Of a DNA stretch of 36,746 nucleotides, positions 11,760 through 24,749 are shown in pieces. Location: NCBI GenBank assembly GCA_050230475.1, contig JBFLGF010000034.1:62001-98746 (forward strand), written 5' to 3'. Made by a program: the position numbers and the translations under genes. The notes below the pieces were generated by a model that ran no database searches, had not been told where the DNA came from, and saw only the letters and a program-made list of their open reading frames with translations. The number at the start of each line of letters is the position of its first letter. The first letter of the stretch is position 1. The stretch is from Ancylonema sp. Its lineage: Eukaryota.

Positions 11760-11816
11760 CATCACTAATTGGGTGTAGCCCTAGGTCGGGAAAAAAACTC
11801 GAGAAATAGTCGGCAC

Positions 11817-12738
11817 CACGGTTGCACAATACGCAATACGCTATCAATACGCTAGGGTCACAATACGCAGTATTTTGCGTATTGGCTTTTTCCCGCGATT
11901 TAAAAATACGCGTGTTGCCAATAAATATTGTTCGTTTTTTCAAGATTTTAGACCCCACTCATATCCGGGAGTAGAATGTTAACATCAGGTGCCCATCTCA
12001 AATCAAATTGGCCATCAAATGGAGGCATAAGTTCATGAAGTACATGAGAGGCGCATGTTCGACCACTAGATGTGAAACTGTTTTATTCGTTGATAGACCC
12101 ATTCTGGGGCATTAGTTGATGTACCCACTCTTCTCATCTTCTCTTTATTTGATTTTATTTGCACGCGTTTCATCAATGTGTACTTCATTTCCGTTACAAC
12201 AAGTTTCAAAAAAGGCCCGATCGTGGATTGTGATTTTACTTGAGTAGATCATGAAAAAGTGGAATGCTAGAATCTAACCACAAATTCAAAACTAATACCC
12301 GAAACACAATATTTACAATAATAATACATGAATCCTACTCCATTATCTGCTGCATATTTTTCATCAACACTTCCAACGCCTATCTCTCGCTCGCTCGACC
12401 AAGTCTTCAAAAAATAAAATAGAATGCTTCGGAGGACTTCTCTCAAAATATCCTTCCCTCGTATCAGTGTGAGAAGATTCGTCATGAGTAGCCTCCACGC
12501 ATCTTCTTGAGACTACTCGTTGTCACTTTCGGGCCACATGGGAAATGCCCGCTCGTACTCCACGGAGGAGACCTTCTCAAGGATCTGAAAATGGGTGAAC
12601 ACGTACAAAACTTTGGCAAAATTTATAGTATTTAGTGTATTTTTAAGCGTAGTATTTCAGTATACCAATACGTTAGGAGCACAATACGCGTATTTAGCGT
12701 ATGATAACTCAGCGTATTTTGCGTATTTTGCAACCCTG
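11817..12738. mobile_element. Older hAT-type TIR element
   Basis: TIR CACGGTTGCACAATACGC vs CAGGGTTGCAAAATACGC (16/18); AATACGC/GCGTATT subterminal repeats at both ends; decayed TSD (GTCGGCAC/CTTGGCGC). Confidence 0.7.
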
Positions 12739-13703
12739 CTTGGCGCTTAGGGCCCTCCAAGCGACCTAACGAGTAATATGTAGGACCCACGTCTTAAGGC
12801 CCATTGATTTAAACCCATTAATTGATTAATTCATTAATTGATTTCCGAGACATCAAATATGGCGGCTACACCAGGTTATGAGAGGTTGAGTTATTGGCAC
12901 TGTCATCCCAAGCATGTAACAAGCGCGCTCGATATGCGCTCGCAAATCTTCCTAGCGGCTCGTGCCCTTAGGCGGGTCGTGTTTCCCCCGTAATACCCCC
13001 ATTTCGGGATTTCGTGGCATGCTCGCGTCCGGAGCGCGTCCCAAGCACGTACCGAGCGTGCTTGGGTCCGAGCACACTCGCAAGTCTTCCAAGCGACTCA
13101 TGCCCCACTATGGTTATGAGTCATAATCTACTTTCATCAAATGTGTGTCATAACTTAGACACACATTATGATAAAAGTCGGTCGGACATAACTAGTTGCT
13201 TCAAATGCTTTCTTGTGGAACAAAATGACTTTCTTGCTCATAGAACTTCCGTTCATTCTATTGTCAAGCAGAAATGCATGAACTCCAACTAGCAAACTCT
13301 TACTATATCACCAACGCTCAAAGAACATGCACAATTTTGATGGATAGTATCATTATACACCACCACGATTAAAAATGTGCAAACAACTAAGTATGTAACA
13401 ACAAGTATGGACTTCATCAAACATCAACAGAAATGATCGGATGTCTACGCCTACAACAATTTTCCATCTTGAATCTCCGGAAACCAAATGCTTCAAACTT
13501 TAACACCATGCCCTCCCTACTATACACCACATAGTGCAGTTGCCCCCTACATCATAATCACACTCCTTCTCTCTTTCACCCCCTAGTCATTAACCCATGA
13601 AGAACTTTCTCCAACCCCCGTTTCTCAAAACATGAGCATCTTCCACCCGAATTTGACCTCCATACTCGACCGCGTCCACCTCGCAAGACATCCCTACCCT
13701 CCT

Positions 13704-15730
13704 TCAAAAAATGTCGGGGTTGAATCTGCTCGGCATGGAGGTCCTCTCTTGTGCTTGTCTTAGATGCACATTTAACGCATAGTTATTCATCTGCACATGC
13801 CAAGAACCGCCCCATCACTTGCCCACCTCCTTCCATAACTTTTTGAACATAACAATCTACTGGCGACAATAAAATAAAACCAGCACCATCGATTTCCCAC
13901 CGTTGTTGACTTCACTCCTCACCTACGGGCTACCATTCACAAGATTTTATGATCGGGACCACTCACCCCCAACCGCCATCTCCCAACCCTTTTTCAACCC
14001 GCCAATCTCCTCCTCTCTGAACCCCACACTTGCTCAACTAACACATCTTGTATGCACGACCACATCCATATTTCGTCTCAAAAAAAAAAAAAAAACTTAC
14101 CTCCAGAGTGCGCATATGCTCCTCATACCGCCTCATCAACCCCTTCAGCTCTTCCACCTCTCCCTTTCTCCCTTCATGCTCCACTTGACGCTCGTGCTGG
14201 ATGGTAACTGCGCGCTTCAGGATGTGGTTGTCCTTTAGAAGGGCAATAAGATGGTCCTTCAGCACTCCATTCTCCTGAAGAAAAAAAAAAAAAAGGGGAT
14301 AAATTGAAGGGTTGAGACTGCTGGTTTAAAGATCTGCAGTCTACTTGCACAAACCCCCCCCTGAAAAAAAGACTCACCTTCCGCAGAACGTCCAGAGTGA
14401 GGGCTGCCTTCTCCACCCCCTGCTGCTGCACAGCTTTCTCAAAACCCTCTAGCACGCGTGCCGCTCGGGCACGCGCATCATCCATGTCAACCGCTGACAG
14501 CATCTCCCGTACCACCAGGTCCACCCAATCAGCGCCTGCCAGCTGCCCCCCTGTATTTCCAGCCTGACTGTGTACGGGTGCCACATCAGCGCTGGAATAC
14601 CCAGGCGTTGACGACGCCCGGGGATCAAAGTCGGCTACTGGGGCTGCACCGCCAGACAACATAAGGGTCATCATGAGATACATGACACGTAACATAGGCT
14701 TTGTGTTTTACTAGCATCGGATACGTATCCCTCAACCCTACCTGCGGACACAGAGGCTTCCTGACTTGGGACCGTTCCTGTCACTCTATCTGTTTGAGAC
14801 AGACGCAACTCGTTTAGACTCCGGATCGCGGAGTCGATGTTGTTGCCACAAGCATCCAGGCTGGATTGAAGTACCTGGAAAGGTAAGAAAGAGTTGCAAA
14901 AAAGTTACAGTTGTTCTGAAACAGATGACAAATGCACAGGTGCATGCCAGAGTCTAAACCTCATTCTCATTTCCCTGCGCTTGTGCCGTCCACATGCGAG
15001 CGGGTCGTCAGAGGAGCAAGACAACAACCACACAGTACCGAGCAGTTCTCACTATCTGATAGAACGCCCTCTGATCGTCCATCATAACCAAGGGTCTTTG
15101 TTATGTCAAATTCTTCGAGAAACAATAACAAAAAAAAAACAATAGCCGAAACCCACGACCAGCAGATGAATTATATGTAGACACATGAAATTTAGAGAAT
15201 TGGTTGGTAATCGTGACTCCCCCATCAGTCTCTGTATGAAGATACTACTGTCTTATCTCCTTACATGTTAACTCCTCGTCTTCATTCTCTCAACAATCGT
15301 AGGCCAGAGACAGCCTGCGATATCCAATCTACGGACCTAAGCGGCAACGATACTATGTACCTGATACAATAGGATAATAAGTATACTAATAACTGTGTCT
15401 ATTAAGACAACGGTCTGTCACAGACCTGCCGCCAAACTGGACCCGTAACACCATGACACAAGCGAATCCCATGTCAACCCAAACACTTGCACTTACACTA
15501 TCGGCCATGCCAGGGAATAGCTGCCGTAGAGCAACAAGGATCTCAGGTTGCAGTTGTGGGAGAGGGGAGGAAGAGCCTCCACTGCTGCCCGAACGGTTGT
15601 CCGGGCGGGTCTCCGATGCCAAATGAGAAAACCTACTTGGTGAACCTGACCCGCACCTGACGCGTTTGGAAAGAGGAGGCGAGCCAAAGTCGTCAAAGAG
15701 AGACCGCTTCCCGCAAACAGCTGCAGACAT
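13704..15730 (-). CDS. Plant CUE-domain (ubiquitin system component Cue) protein; exons 15730-15497, 14874-14742, 14643-14378, 14274-14101, 13790-13704 (297 aa)
   Basis: GT-AG introns with consistent phase (894 nt). Family-typical motifs: MSAAVCGKRSLFDD..SPPLSKRVRC; LRQLFPGM..VLQSSLDACGNNIDSAIRSLNELRL; GADWVDLVVREMLSAVDMDDARARAARVLE; N.ILKRAV.IQHERQ; NNYALNVHLRQAQ..RFNPDIF*. Confidence 0.9.
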
Positions 15731-16175
15731 GGCGCCGATGACCGCTGCACAAGTGCGCTGGATCCCCTCACGCAAGAGGGAGGGGTGTTCTGGAGGAGGA
15801 GCGATGGAAGGAAAGGACGACGCCGATTTTTCTGTACGTACTAACAAAATAACTGCGGTAGCAACACCGACTCTCTACTAGCGCGCGTAGCCAAGATAAA
15901 TAGTCTACACACCAGGCACAAACGCACCACGCACTGACGCAACACGCACCACGAAATCTGGCTCCAGAACTTAAACTACGCAGACTCAACCCTGATCTCT
16001 GAAGTTCATCCCTGCAGTTTCTATCCGCCTGCCCGCCATGTGCAACGCCGTCAGGCGATTTCCTGTCTCAACGTCAAGTGGTGCTGACTGCTTCCTTGTG
16101 TAGCATTTTTGGACATTTGAGCGGAGTTTTCGTGGCAACGAATTCGTTAAACGCGTCGCGTCAGATGCCCATAGC

Positions 16176-16290
16176 AAACAGCCCACAGCCCACATCCCCC
16201 AGCCCACAGCCCACCGCCCACAGCCCACAGCCGATAGCCCCCAGCTCACAGCCCACGGCCCACAGCCCACGGCGCAGCCCACAACCCAGC
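16176..16290. repeat. Degenerate (CAGCCCA)n tandem repeat upstream of the CUE gene
   Basis: About 15 imperfect 7-bp units are directly visible. Confidence 0.85.
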
Positions 16291-16552
16291 GCGTACGATG
16301 GAGCTTCGATAGCCACCGATCGATGGACTCTAGCGTGGCACATTATTTATTCCATCAAGGAGGAAATCCGATGTAAGATTGTCCTTACTGTAAAAACGTT
16401 TAATCGAACGGAAAATGGCGTGGCGGAGGTTCAACATTGGTAGCAACACCTCAATGTAATTCAAAGGAATAGCCGACCAATATTGTATTTATTTTATATA
16501 ACCTCAAGCATGGCGGAGATCCGCCATTTTATGTAGTCATCAGAGCATCTCT

Positions 16553-17620
16553 TATGGTCGCCCAATTCGAGTTTCCGATTCGCGGAAAAATACTGCACAA
16601 GCCCGAATAGAACTATCCCCAAAAAGGAAAACACCCCAAAACGGATACTTTGCGACTGTGTTCGGTTTTACACTTCCCGAGATCAAATAGACATGGGCAA
16701 AAATCGATTCAAAGTCCCAATTCAAGGCCCGAATTGGGACTTGAATCTCTTACATAAACTTACATAAAAAATAGTTGTTTAATTCAAATTAATCTAAAAG
16801 CTTCGTAACAAACAAATATTTTGCGAAAAAGGGTAGAGCTTTTGAGCGCCAAAACCTTTGGTGCTCATAACAACAAACCAACCTAGGCTTCAAGAAGCTG
16901 GTGTTCTGAGCCAAACTGTAAAAATGATTTTTGTAAAAAAATGCGAAATGGAAAGTACTGTTGATTTTAGTATTTTCGAGATTCGCCGGAGTATTTTTAA
17001 ATTTAGCTGTAAAAAGAAAAAAGTACGTTTTGTAAAACTTGGTAAATCCATATCGTGCTAAATTCTAGTGGAGTGGGTTTTTTTGTTGTAAAAATGAATT
17101 ATACACTATAACGATTTGGACAAAAGAATGCTCAATAAGTAAAAAGTAAATCTTTTTTATGCGTTTAAAAAAAAAAACTGACTTGAACAAATTAAAAAAA
17201 TACAGGCTTCTTTTCTTTAGGTGGTGCTTTTTTCTGTATGTTCATGTCTCGATTCTATACCATAAACCAATGACAAGGTGCCAGCGATGTGAGTGTCCCC
17301 ACCGTGATAAGCGGCCAGATTAAGGAGCGCCTCCACCACATCGTTTCGTTGGTCCGCCCATTCATTGTGCGAAAGGCCACCGAATGTGCCACAATTGGTT
17401 AAAATTATATACGTGGCCTTCATACCGTCATGTGGAAGTGCCACCGTGGTACTAAATTCTAGTCGAAAACTTTGTACTGTAAGGCACGGCGATCCCGATT
17501 CCTTTTCCGTTTTTTTCGCGGCCGTGCAAAACTTGAAATCGGGTGGTCCAATTTGCGTCACGAAGTACTAGTTTTGAGTTCATTATTGATTGAATTCAGA
17601 GCTCGAATCGCGCGACTATA
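16553..17620. mobile_element. Decayed TIR element, possibly related to the CATAGT-ended family
   Basis: Ends TATGGTCGCCCAATTCGAG vs TATAGTCGCGCGATTCGAG (16/19); GATTC/GAATC subterminal motifs including a hairpin at ~16706-16746; no TSD found. Confidence 0.45.
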
Positions 17621-17735
17621 AAAAAACATTTTAGACCCTAATCACTATCCCAAAACTTTGTGATAATCATAATCTTTCCGCTATATGGCTTCCTTCGGAA
17701 TTCTTGGGATCCCTCTCAAGGGTACGTGGCAACAT

Positions 17736-18250
17736 TGTAGGATCCGTACCTTATTCTCATTTTGCGTATTACATATCTATAAATAGTATATTTCATTGCT
17801 CGGCCCTGCATCATATAGTTGAGTGTCATGGCAATGGGTACCATCCCCCAATGAGTGAGTAAGAGATGGGTGATTTTGTTGACTTGTCCTTCATGATATG
17901 ACGTGTCAGTTTGTGTTAGATTAAGGAGAAAATGTTGGAATGGGTATGTCCACAAAAAAATCTGGACTTTGGGGAATCTTTGTGCCTTGCAATTTTCGTT
18001 AAGTTTGCACGGCGTTTGTGTCTATGGTGTATTACTCATGTTAGTATGCATCAGAGTATCTAGGTATATGCAAAAAAGTAAGACAACGATGTCTTGTACA
18101 AGTGGTATCATAGCGAGTGACTTGAAGAAGCTTAACGATGAGAATTAGAAACAATGGGTAGCGAAGGCAAGTCCTATTATGGATGCTGAAGAGTGCCTAG
18201 AAGTAACGTGAGGGAACGATGTTGTGGTTCTTGAGGTTGCACCTTTAGGT
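17736..18250 (+). mobile_element. Truncated copia remnant: LTR (17736-18100), PBS and gag N-terminus
   Basis: TGTA...TACA termini; PBS TGGTATCATAGC at 18103-18114; then KKLNDEN*KQWVAKASPIMDAEECLEV, which resembles a copia Gag N-terminus and carries stops. Confidence 0.6.
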
Positions 18251-18841
18251 GTCTGGTTTCTCTTTGATGTGTACAGGGGAGTTTCAAACCAAGGCCGCTA
18301 TAGGCCAACAATTTTAATATTAATTTAGAAGCAATGGTAATTTAGAAAGGTTAACAATTGGCACGTCAGATTTTGGCAAAAATCGGGCTATGTTTCTATG
18401 AGATTAAGCAGGTCTCCGATCACCGAACTTGGGCTCGGATGTGGCCGAGTCCGAAGCCCTAGCGTTTGGTTGGGCTCACACTATCCTGCGATTGACCTTC
18501 AAAAATTGGCGCGAAGATTTCCGCAAACATGATCGCAGTTTCCAGATTCCAGGTCGCTTTCGTACTCGGGAAGTTTGACCACATAGTTGAAGGTCAAGAA
18601 ACTCCATCTACATTCTCCGCTTGATAGATTGTGTGATAAGCAGTACATGTGAGTATTAGGGGGGAGCGTTAGTTAGGAAGGCAACTTGTGGGAGTTAATT
18701 TGCACGACTTTAATCCACGCGGAGGAAGGCAGCTAGTATACTTGCTACTGATTAAGAGGTGTCGATTCAGTGCGGACAGAATCCCTATCCCGAAAACTGT
18801 GTAAAAAATAAGGCGGAGCCGTAACGCAAGTGAACGTCAAG

Positions 18842-21800
18842 ATGGCAGAGAACTTCGAGTCGGATGAGACCAAAGCGCCGGAGCTGAAACTCGGTAAGGA
18901 TCCTTGTCTGGAAGATAAACTAGGGAACACTAAGGTGGGAACACTAAATGGATTTTATTCCAAGGGGTGGACTGTGTGAATGTTTGAACTCCTGTGCAAA
19001 TCTGTTGGAAATTTGTCAGGGAATTTTCCCCAAGTCATGTTCGTTACGTGACCCTGGCCCTTCAGCCCAACGCATGATAGTGGATGCGGGATGTAGCAAT
19101 GGTAGAGTGTGAAGCCGAGCAGTAGCCTTATATTGAACCCAACTCGAACATGCCAATGAATTCAGCGCTCATCAATGAGACCATGTGTTGCGTCCTGGAT
19201 TCAAATGCTTGGACAGTTTTGTCAGCTGGACTGAAATCTCAGCACAATAAGAGCAAATCCACCGATTTTACTAAGATTCGAGATTCTGTGTACTGATCAT
19301 CACTACTACGGACTATTTTGCAGATCCGAAGCAGGCTCTAGGCTTCATCCGATTCTTCCGCCGGCTCTCAGAGGTACAGAGAGCTTATCTCGTCCACAAA
19401 TTAACGCAACAAGTTTTGCGTTTATTTGTGTAAATATACACTGCATACTAACGTATGAGATCATACTCCCACCACTAGCAATAAACATTGACTGCATCCA
19501 GACGGACAGACTGTTTAGTTTTCGCTTGAAAACACACTCAGGTCTGAACACCTTCCACTGTAATACGATTCCCAACCTCTGGAGACTTCAGGCGTACAAT
19601 CTGCAGTGATGCCTTTGTTTTCAATCGAAAGTAGTGCATGAGTGACGTCACCTTCAATTTCTGTTCCTGAACCCCCAAACCGAATCTGGGCGTGGTACCT
19701 CTTGTATCAATCTGCACCAAGATCTCTACAGACGGTTCCTCATTCAACGCGAGGGTCAGCATGACTTACAAGATTTTGATGAGTTGTTCTCCTTCCTCTG
19801 TGATGTATGTCCAGGATACGGACCAGGATTCTCAAGTCATCCGTTTTTTCGACCGAAAGGTGAATCCCGGATCCGATTCCCACTCCTTAACCCATTCCGA
19901 TACCATTTTTCCGATACGTTCCAATACCTTTCCAAGTATAACTCCTGCTCCACTCTCATTGAATGTGTCCTACTCACTTCCTCGGTCCATGCTACATCCA
20001 CGCTACAGCTCGTCGGCTACAGCTGTAGTACGGTTTTCAGATATCCATGCTACTGCTCGTCAGCTACAGCTGTAGTACGGTTTTCAGATATCCATGCTAC
20101 TGCTCGTCAGCTACAGCTGTACTACGGTCCCCAGATCTCCCTGGCTGTCCCTGTCCCTGTCCCTGTCCCTGGACGTCCAGGACTACCACACCGCCCACGG
20201 CGACAACGCCACCTTCATCGCGAAGACGTACTACCGCACTCTGACAGCTGTGAAGCAGCTGTGCACCCCCCAGGAGACCCTCTCCTCCCTCGCCGTCAAC
20301 CACAGCTCCTTCGAAGGCATCCTCAGAGACCTCCTCCTCCACCGCACGGACCACACGGTCGAGCTGTACGAAGGCAGCGGATCCACGTGGAGGCTCACCA
20401 AGAAGGCGACACCTGGCAGGCTGGGGCCGTTCGAGGACGTCCTGTTCGCGACCAATGAGATGCAAGACAGCCCCGTCATGATGGCCGTACTGCCAGCCTC
20501 CGTGGAGGGCCAGAATCTGGTAGGGATGGCGTTCGTAGACCTCACGAAACGGGCGATAGGGATGACGGAGTTCCTGGACGACGAGCAGTACACGAACCTG
20601 GAGTCAGCCATCGTCGCCCTGGGGTGCAGGGAATGTATCCTCCCTCACGAAGGGACGAGGACCCCCGAGGGGAGGAGGCTGAGGGACGTGATGCTGCGCT
20701 GTAACGTGCTCGCGACGGAGAAGAAGAGGGCGGAATTCCGGGGGAAGGACGTGGAGCGGGACCTGGGGCGGCTGTTGCGAGGTACTGATTCCGATCAGGG
20801 CCAGGCGACGGTGGAGGTCCGGTCCGAGACCGTGGGGGGGGCGCTGGCCGCCTTGCTGAGCTACACGGAACTGCTGTCGGACGATACCAATTTCGGTCAG
20901 TTCAGCGACCTGATCTACTCCCTGGGGACCCACATGCGCCTGGACGCGGCTGCCCTGCGGGCCCTGAACGTCCTGGAGAGCAAGACGGACGCCAACAAGA
21001 ACTTCAGCCTCTTCGGGCTCATGAACCGCACGTGTACGGCGGGTATGGGGAAGCGGCTGCTCAACCGTTGGCTGAAGCAGCCCCTGGTGGACGTGGAGGA
21101 GATCCGGGGGAGGCACGACGTGGTGCAGGCGTTCGCGGACGCGTCCGACAGCAGACAGGACCTGCGGACGCACCTGAAACGGGTTCCGGACATCGAGCGG
21201 TTGGTGAGGAAGCTGGAGAGGAAGAAGGCGACGCTGGTGGATATTGTGAAGCTTTACCAGGGTGGGGGGGGGTTGGGGGTGGGGGGTGGGGGGTTAGGGA
21301 GTTGGGGAGTGGGAGGGGGATTATCTTTGGGGAGTGAGAGGGGGAGGTTGGGCGGGGGTGGTCTGTGGAAGTGGTGTTGGAGGGGAATGGGACATTAGGC
21401 CATTATAGAACTATTAGGGTGAACTATAGGGAAATGTTTAGGGTGTACTTTAGGGTAAACTTTAGGTTACACTTTAGGGTCGTTTTTAGGGTTAAGTTTA
21501 GGGTGTACTTTAGGGTTATCTTTATGGGAAGCTCTCTAGGCCTAGAGTGCCAAGCAGCTTGTTTTCGGAGAGACTCGGGCCTGTACGTGAGTAGATCTGC
21601 CCGTGTATGAATCAGTACCTCGCCCCAGCAACAGCTCTCAGTACTCCCTATACCGAAATGCGGGTCGGCCTCCTGGGGTGTGTTTTTCCCCCAGGGAAGC
21701 TCCCGCCTTCCGTTCATAAAGGAGTGCTTACAGCGTCACCAGGGGGAACTGAACCCCAAATACGCGGACGCCCTGGAGACGTGGTGCGGACGCGACCACC

Positions 21801-24718
21801 TGGGCAGATTCGAGGCCCTGGTGGAGGCCGCTGTGGACCTGGACAGGCTAGAGGAGGGGGAGTATCTCATCTCTCCCACGTATGATCCTAGCCTGCAGGA
21901 CATTCAAGGGGAGAGGGATGTGGTCGAGGACCAAGTGAGGAAGGTGCATGAGACTGCGGCGGCGGACTTGGGGCTGTCTTCTGAGAAGGCTCTGAAACTC
22001 GAAAAGAGTACTCAGGTCAGTAGGTGTGGGGAGGGTGGCAGTGAGTTGACTTTGAAGCTTGTTTCAGGATATGGATTGGTATATGTATTGAGGAACATAT
22101 CAGAATAGAGGTATACATCAGTATTGGGGAATGTATCAGTACTGAGGAAGATAGAGTATAATGGTATACATCATATTAGAGGTATACATCATTACTAAGG
22201 CATATATAGTATAAAGGTATACATCATATTAGAGGTATACATCATTACCAAGGCATATATCAGTATAAAAGTATGTATCAGTATAGTGGTAAGTATCAGT
22301 TTAGTGGTATGTATCAGTATGGAGGTGTACGTCAATATTGAGGAACATCTCAATATAGAGGTATATATCGGCATGTAGGTATATATCAAAATATAGATAT
22401 GTATCAGTATATACTCCTATGTGAATATAAAGGCAAATATCAGTATTGAGGTACATATTGGTATGTGAGTATTGGGTATTGTTTTTTCAGTATATAGGTA
22501 TATACTACAAAAAAAAGTGTGCACATCAGAACTAGGACTAGATCAGTATGTAGGTATAGATCAGTAGCGCTGACTACCTATCACCCCTATACCTGCAAAC
22601 TGTCCTCACCTCCCATGGCCTTGCAGTCACAGGCAGTCCCATGTATTAACAGTACAGCGGATCCAGTCCTAGTCCCTCGTCATCGACCCGAAAAATAAAC
22701 CTAAAAGAACCCAGTTCTCAACGGTATAAAAAATAAAAATAAAAGTAAAAAATGAAAAGAATGGGCCGTCTCCTTGTTTTATAAGGGGGAAAAAAAGAAA
22801 TTGGGCCGTCTCCATTTCCTATATAAAAAAATAAAATAAAAAAAAAGGGTCTGTTTCCTTCAGCACGGCTACGTGTTCCGCATGACGAAGAAGGAGGAGA
22901 CGGCGGTCCGCAAGAAGCTGACGTCAGCATACGTCACCCTGGAGACTCGCAAGGACGGCATCAAGTTCACCAACGCGAAACTGCGGCGGCTCAGCGAGGC
23001 GTACACCAAACTCAGCGATGAGTACAGTTCCGTACAGAGGGACCTGGTCACAAAAGTGGTCGAGGTGGCCGCCACCTTTGCGGAGGTTGGGGGGGGGGTG
23101 GGGGGGTTGGGGGAGGAGGGGGGGGGGGGGGGGGAGAGGGGCTGGGTCAGGGTATGGCGAATCATCTCTGTTTTTTTTTTTTTTTTTTTTTTTTTTTTTG
23201 TCCGTTTTTTTTGGGAAGGCGGGATCAGGGACCAGGGGTCAGGGATCAGGGATCAGGGTTCAGGGTTCAGGGTTAAGGTAAGGGGGAAAAGTGGTCAGCT
23301 GAGAGGGGGTGGGGGTATGTGTGTGTGTTTTGGCGCAGGTGTTTGTGGGTGTGGCTAATATGGTTGCTGAGCTGGACGTCCTAGTCAGCTTTGCTGACCT
23401 GGCAGTGTGTGCTCCCTCTCCCTACGTCCGACCGACCATGACGTCATCCGTGAGTGGACTGTTCTCCCTTGTCAACTTTTTGCCTCCTGTCTGGGACCCA
23501 CACGAGGTTGGGTTAAGAGCCAGTCGGTTGGCTGGGTGGTGGGTCGGTTGGTTGGTTGGCTATAGTGCGGGTGGGTTGGGTGGAGAATTGGTTGATGGGT
23601 AGGTTGATCAAGGGGTTGATTGGTCGACCAATAGATTGATGGGTAGGCTGACAAAGGGGTTGGTCAGATTACCAATTGGTTGATGGGTAGGTTGTTAAAA
23701 TGGTGGGTTGGTTGACCGATGAAATGATTGATAAATCGGGTGGTTGGTTGGTTTGTGGGTCGGTTTGTTCCAGGACGAGGGTGAGTTGATCCTTGAGGGT
23801 AGCCGCCACCCGTGCGTAGAAGTCCAAGATGACGTCAGCTTCATCCCCAACGACTGCGTCATGGAGCGCGCCTCGAGTTGGTTCCAAATCATAACGGGCC
23901 CCAACATGGGCGGGAAGTCCACCTTCATTCGCCAAGTGGGCGTGTGCGTGCTCATGGCCCAAGTGGGCTCATTCGTCCCCTGCGACCGCGCCCAAATCAG
24001 CGTCCGCGACTGCATCTTCGCGCGCGTGGGCGCGGGCGACTGTCAACTACGTGGCGTGTCCACGTTCATGTCAGAGATGTTGGAGACGGCCGCGATTCTC
24101 CACGCGGCAACCCACCGCGCCCTCGTCATAATCGACGAGTTGGGGAGGGGGACGAGCACGTACGACGGCTTCGGGTTGGCTTGGGCCATCTGCGAGCACC
24201 TCGTGACGCGCACGCGCGCGCCCACGCTCTTCGCCACGCACTTCCACGAGCTCACGGCGCTCGCGGGGGCGGAATTGCCCGGGGGCGGGGGCGAGGGGGC
24301 GGCGGCGCCGGTGGGGATCTCCAACCGCCACGTCAGCGCGCACATCGACGAGGCTTCCCGGAAGCTTACGATGTTGTACAAGGTGGAGGAGGGGCCGTGC
24401 GACCAGAGCTTTGGGATCCACGTGGCGGAGTTTGCAAATTTCCCGGAGGAGGTGGTGTCGTTAGCGAGGAGGAAGGCGGCGGAGTTGGAGGACTTTGCGC
24501 CGCCGCGGAGGGGGGCGGGGGAGGAGGTGCTATTTCTTGCGACGTCTTTTGTGTCCTTGTTTTCTTTGTGTTCTTTTTGCTCTTTCGTTTGTTTATTTTT
24601 AATTTTTGTTTGTTATTTTGTTTGTTTATGTTTTTTTTTAAAGAAATAGTTGTGTATTGAGTTGCAGTGTTGTTGTTTCAATTGTCGTTACAGTTGTTGT
24701 TATAGTTGTTGTTGTTAT

Positions 24719-24749
<31 letters not shown>

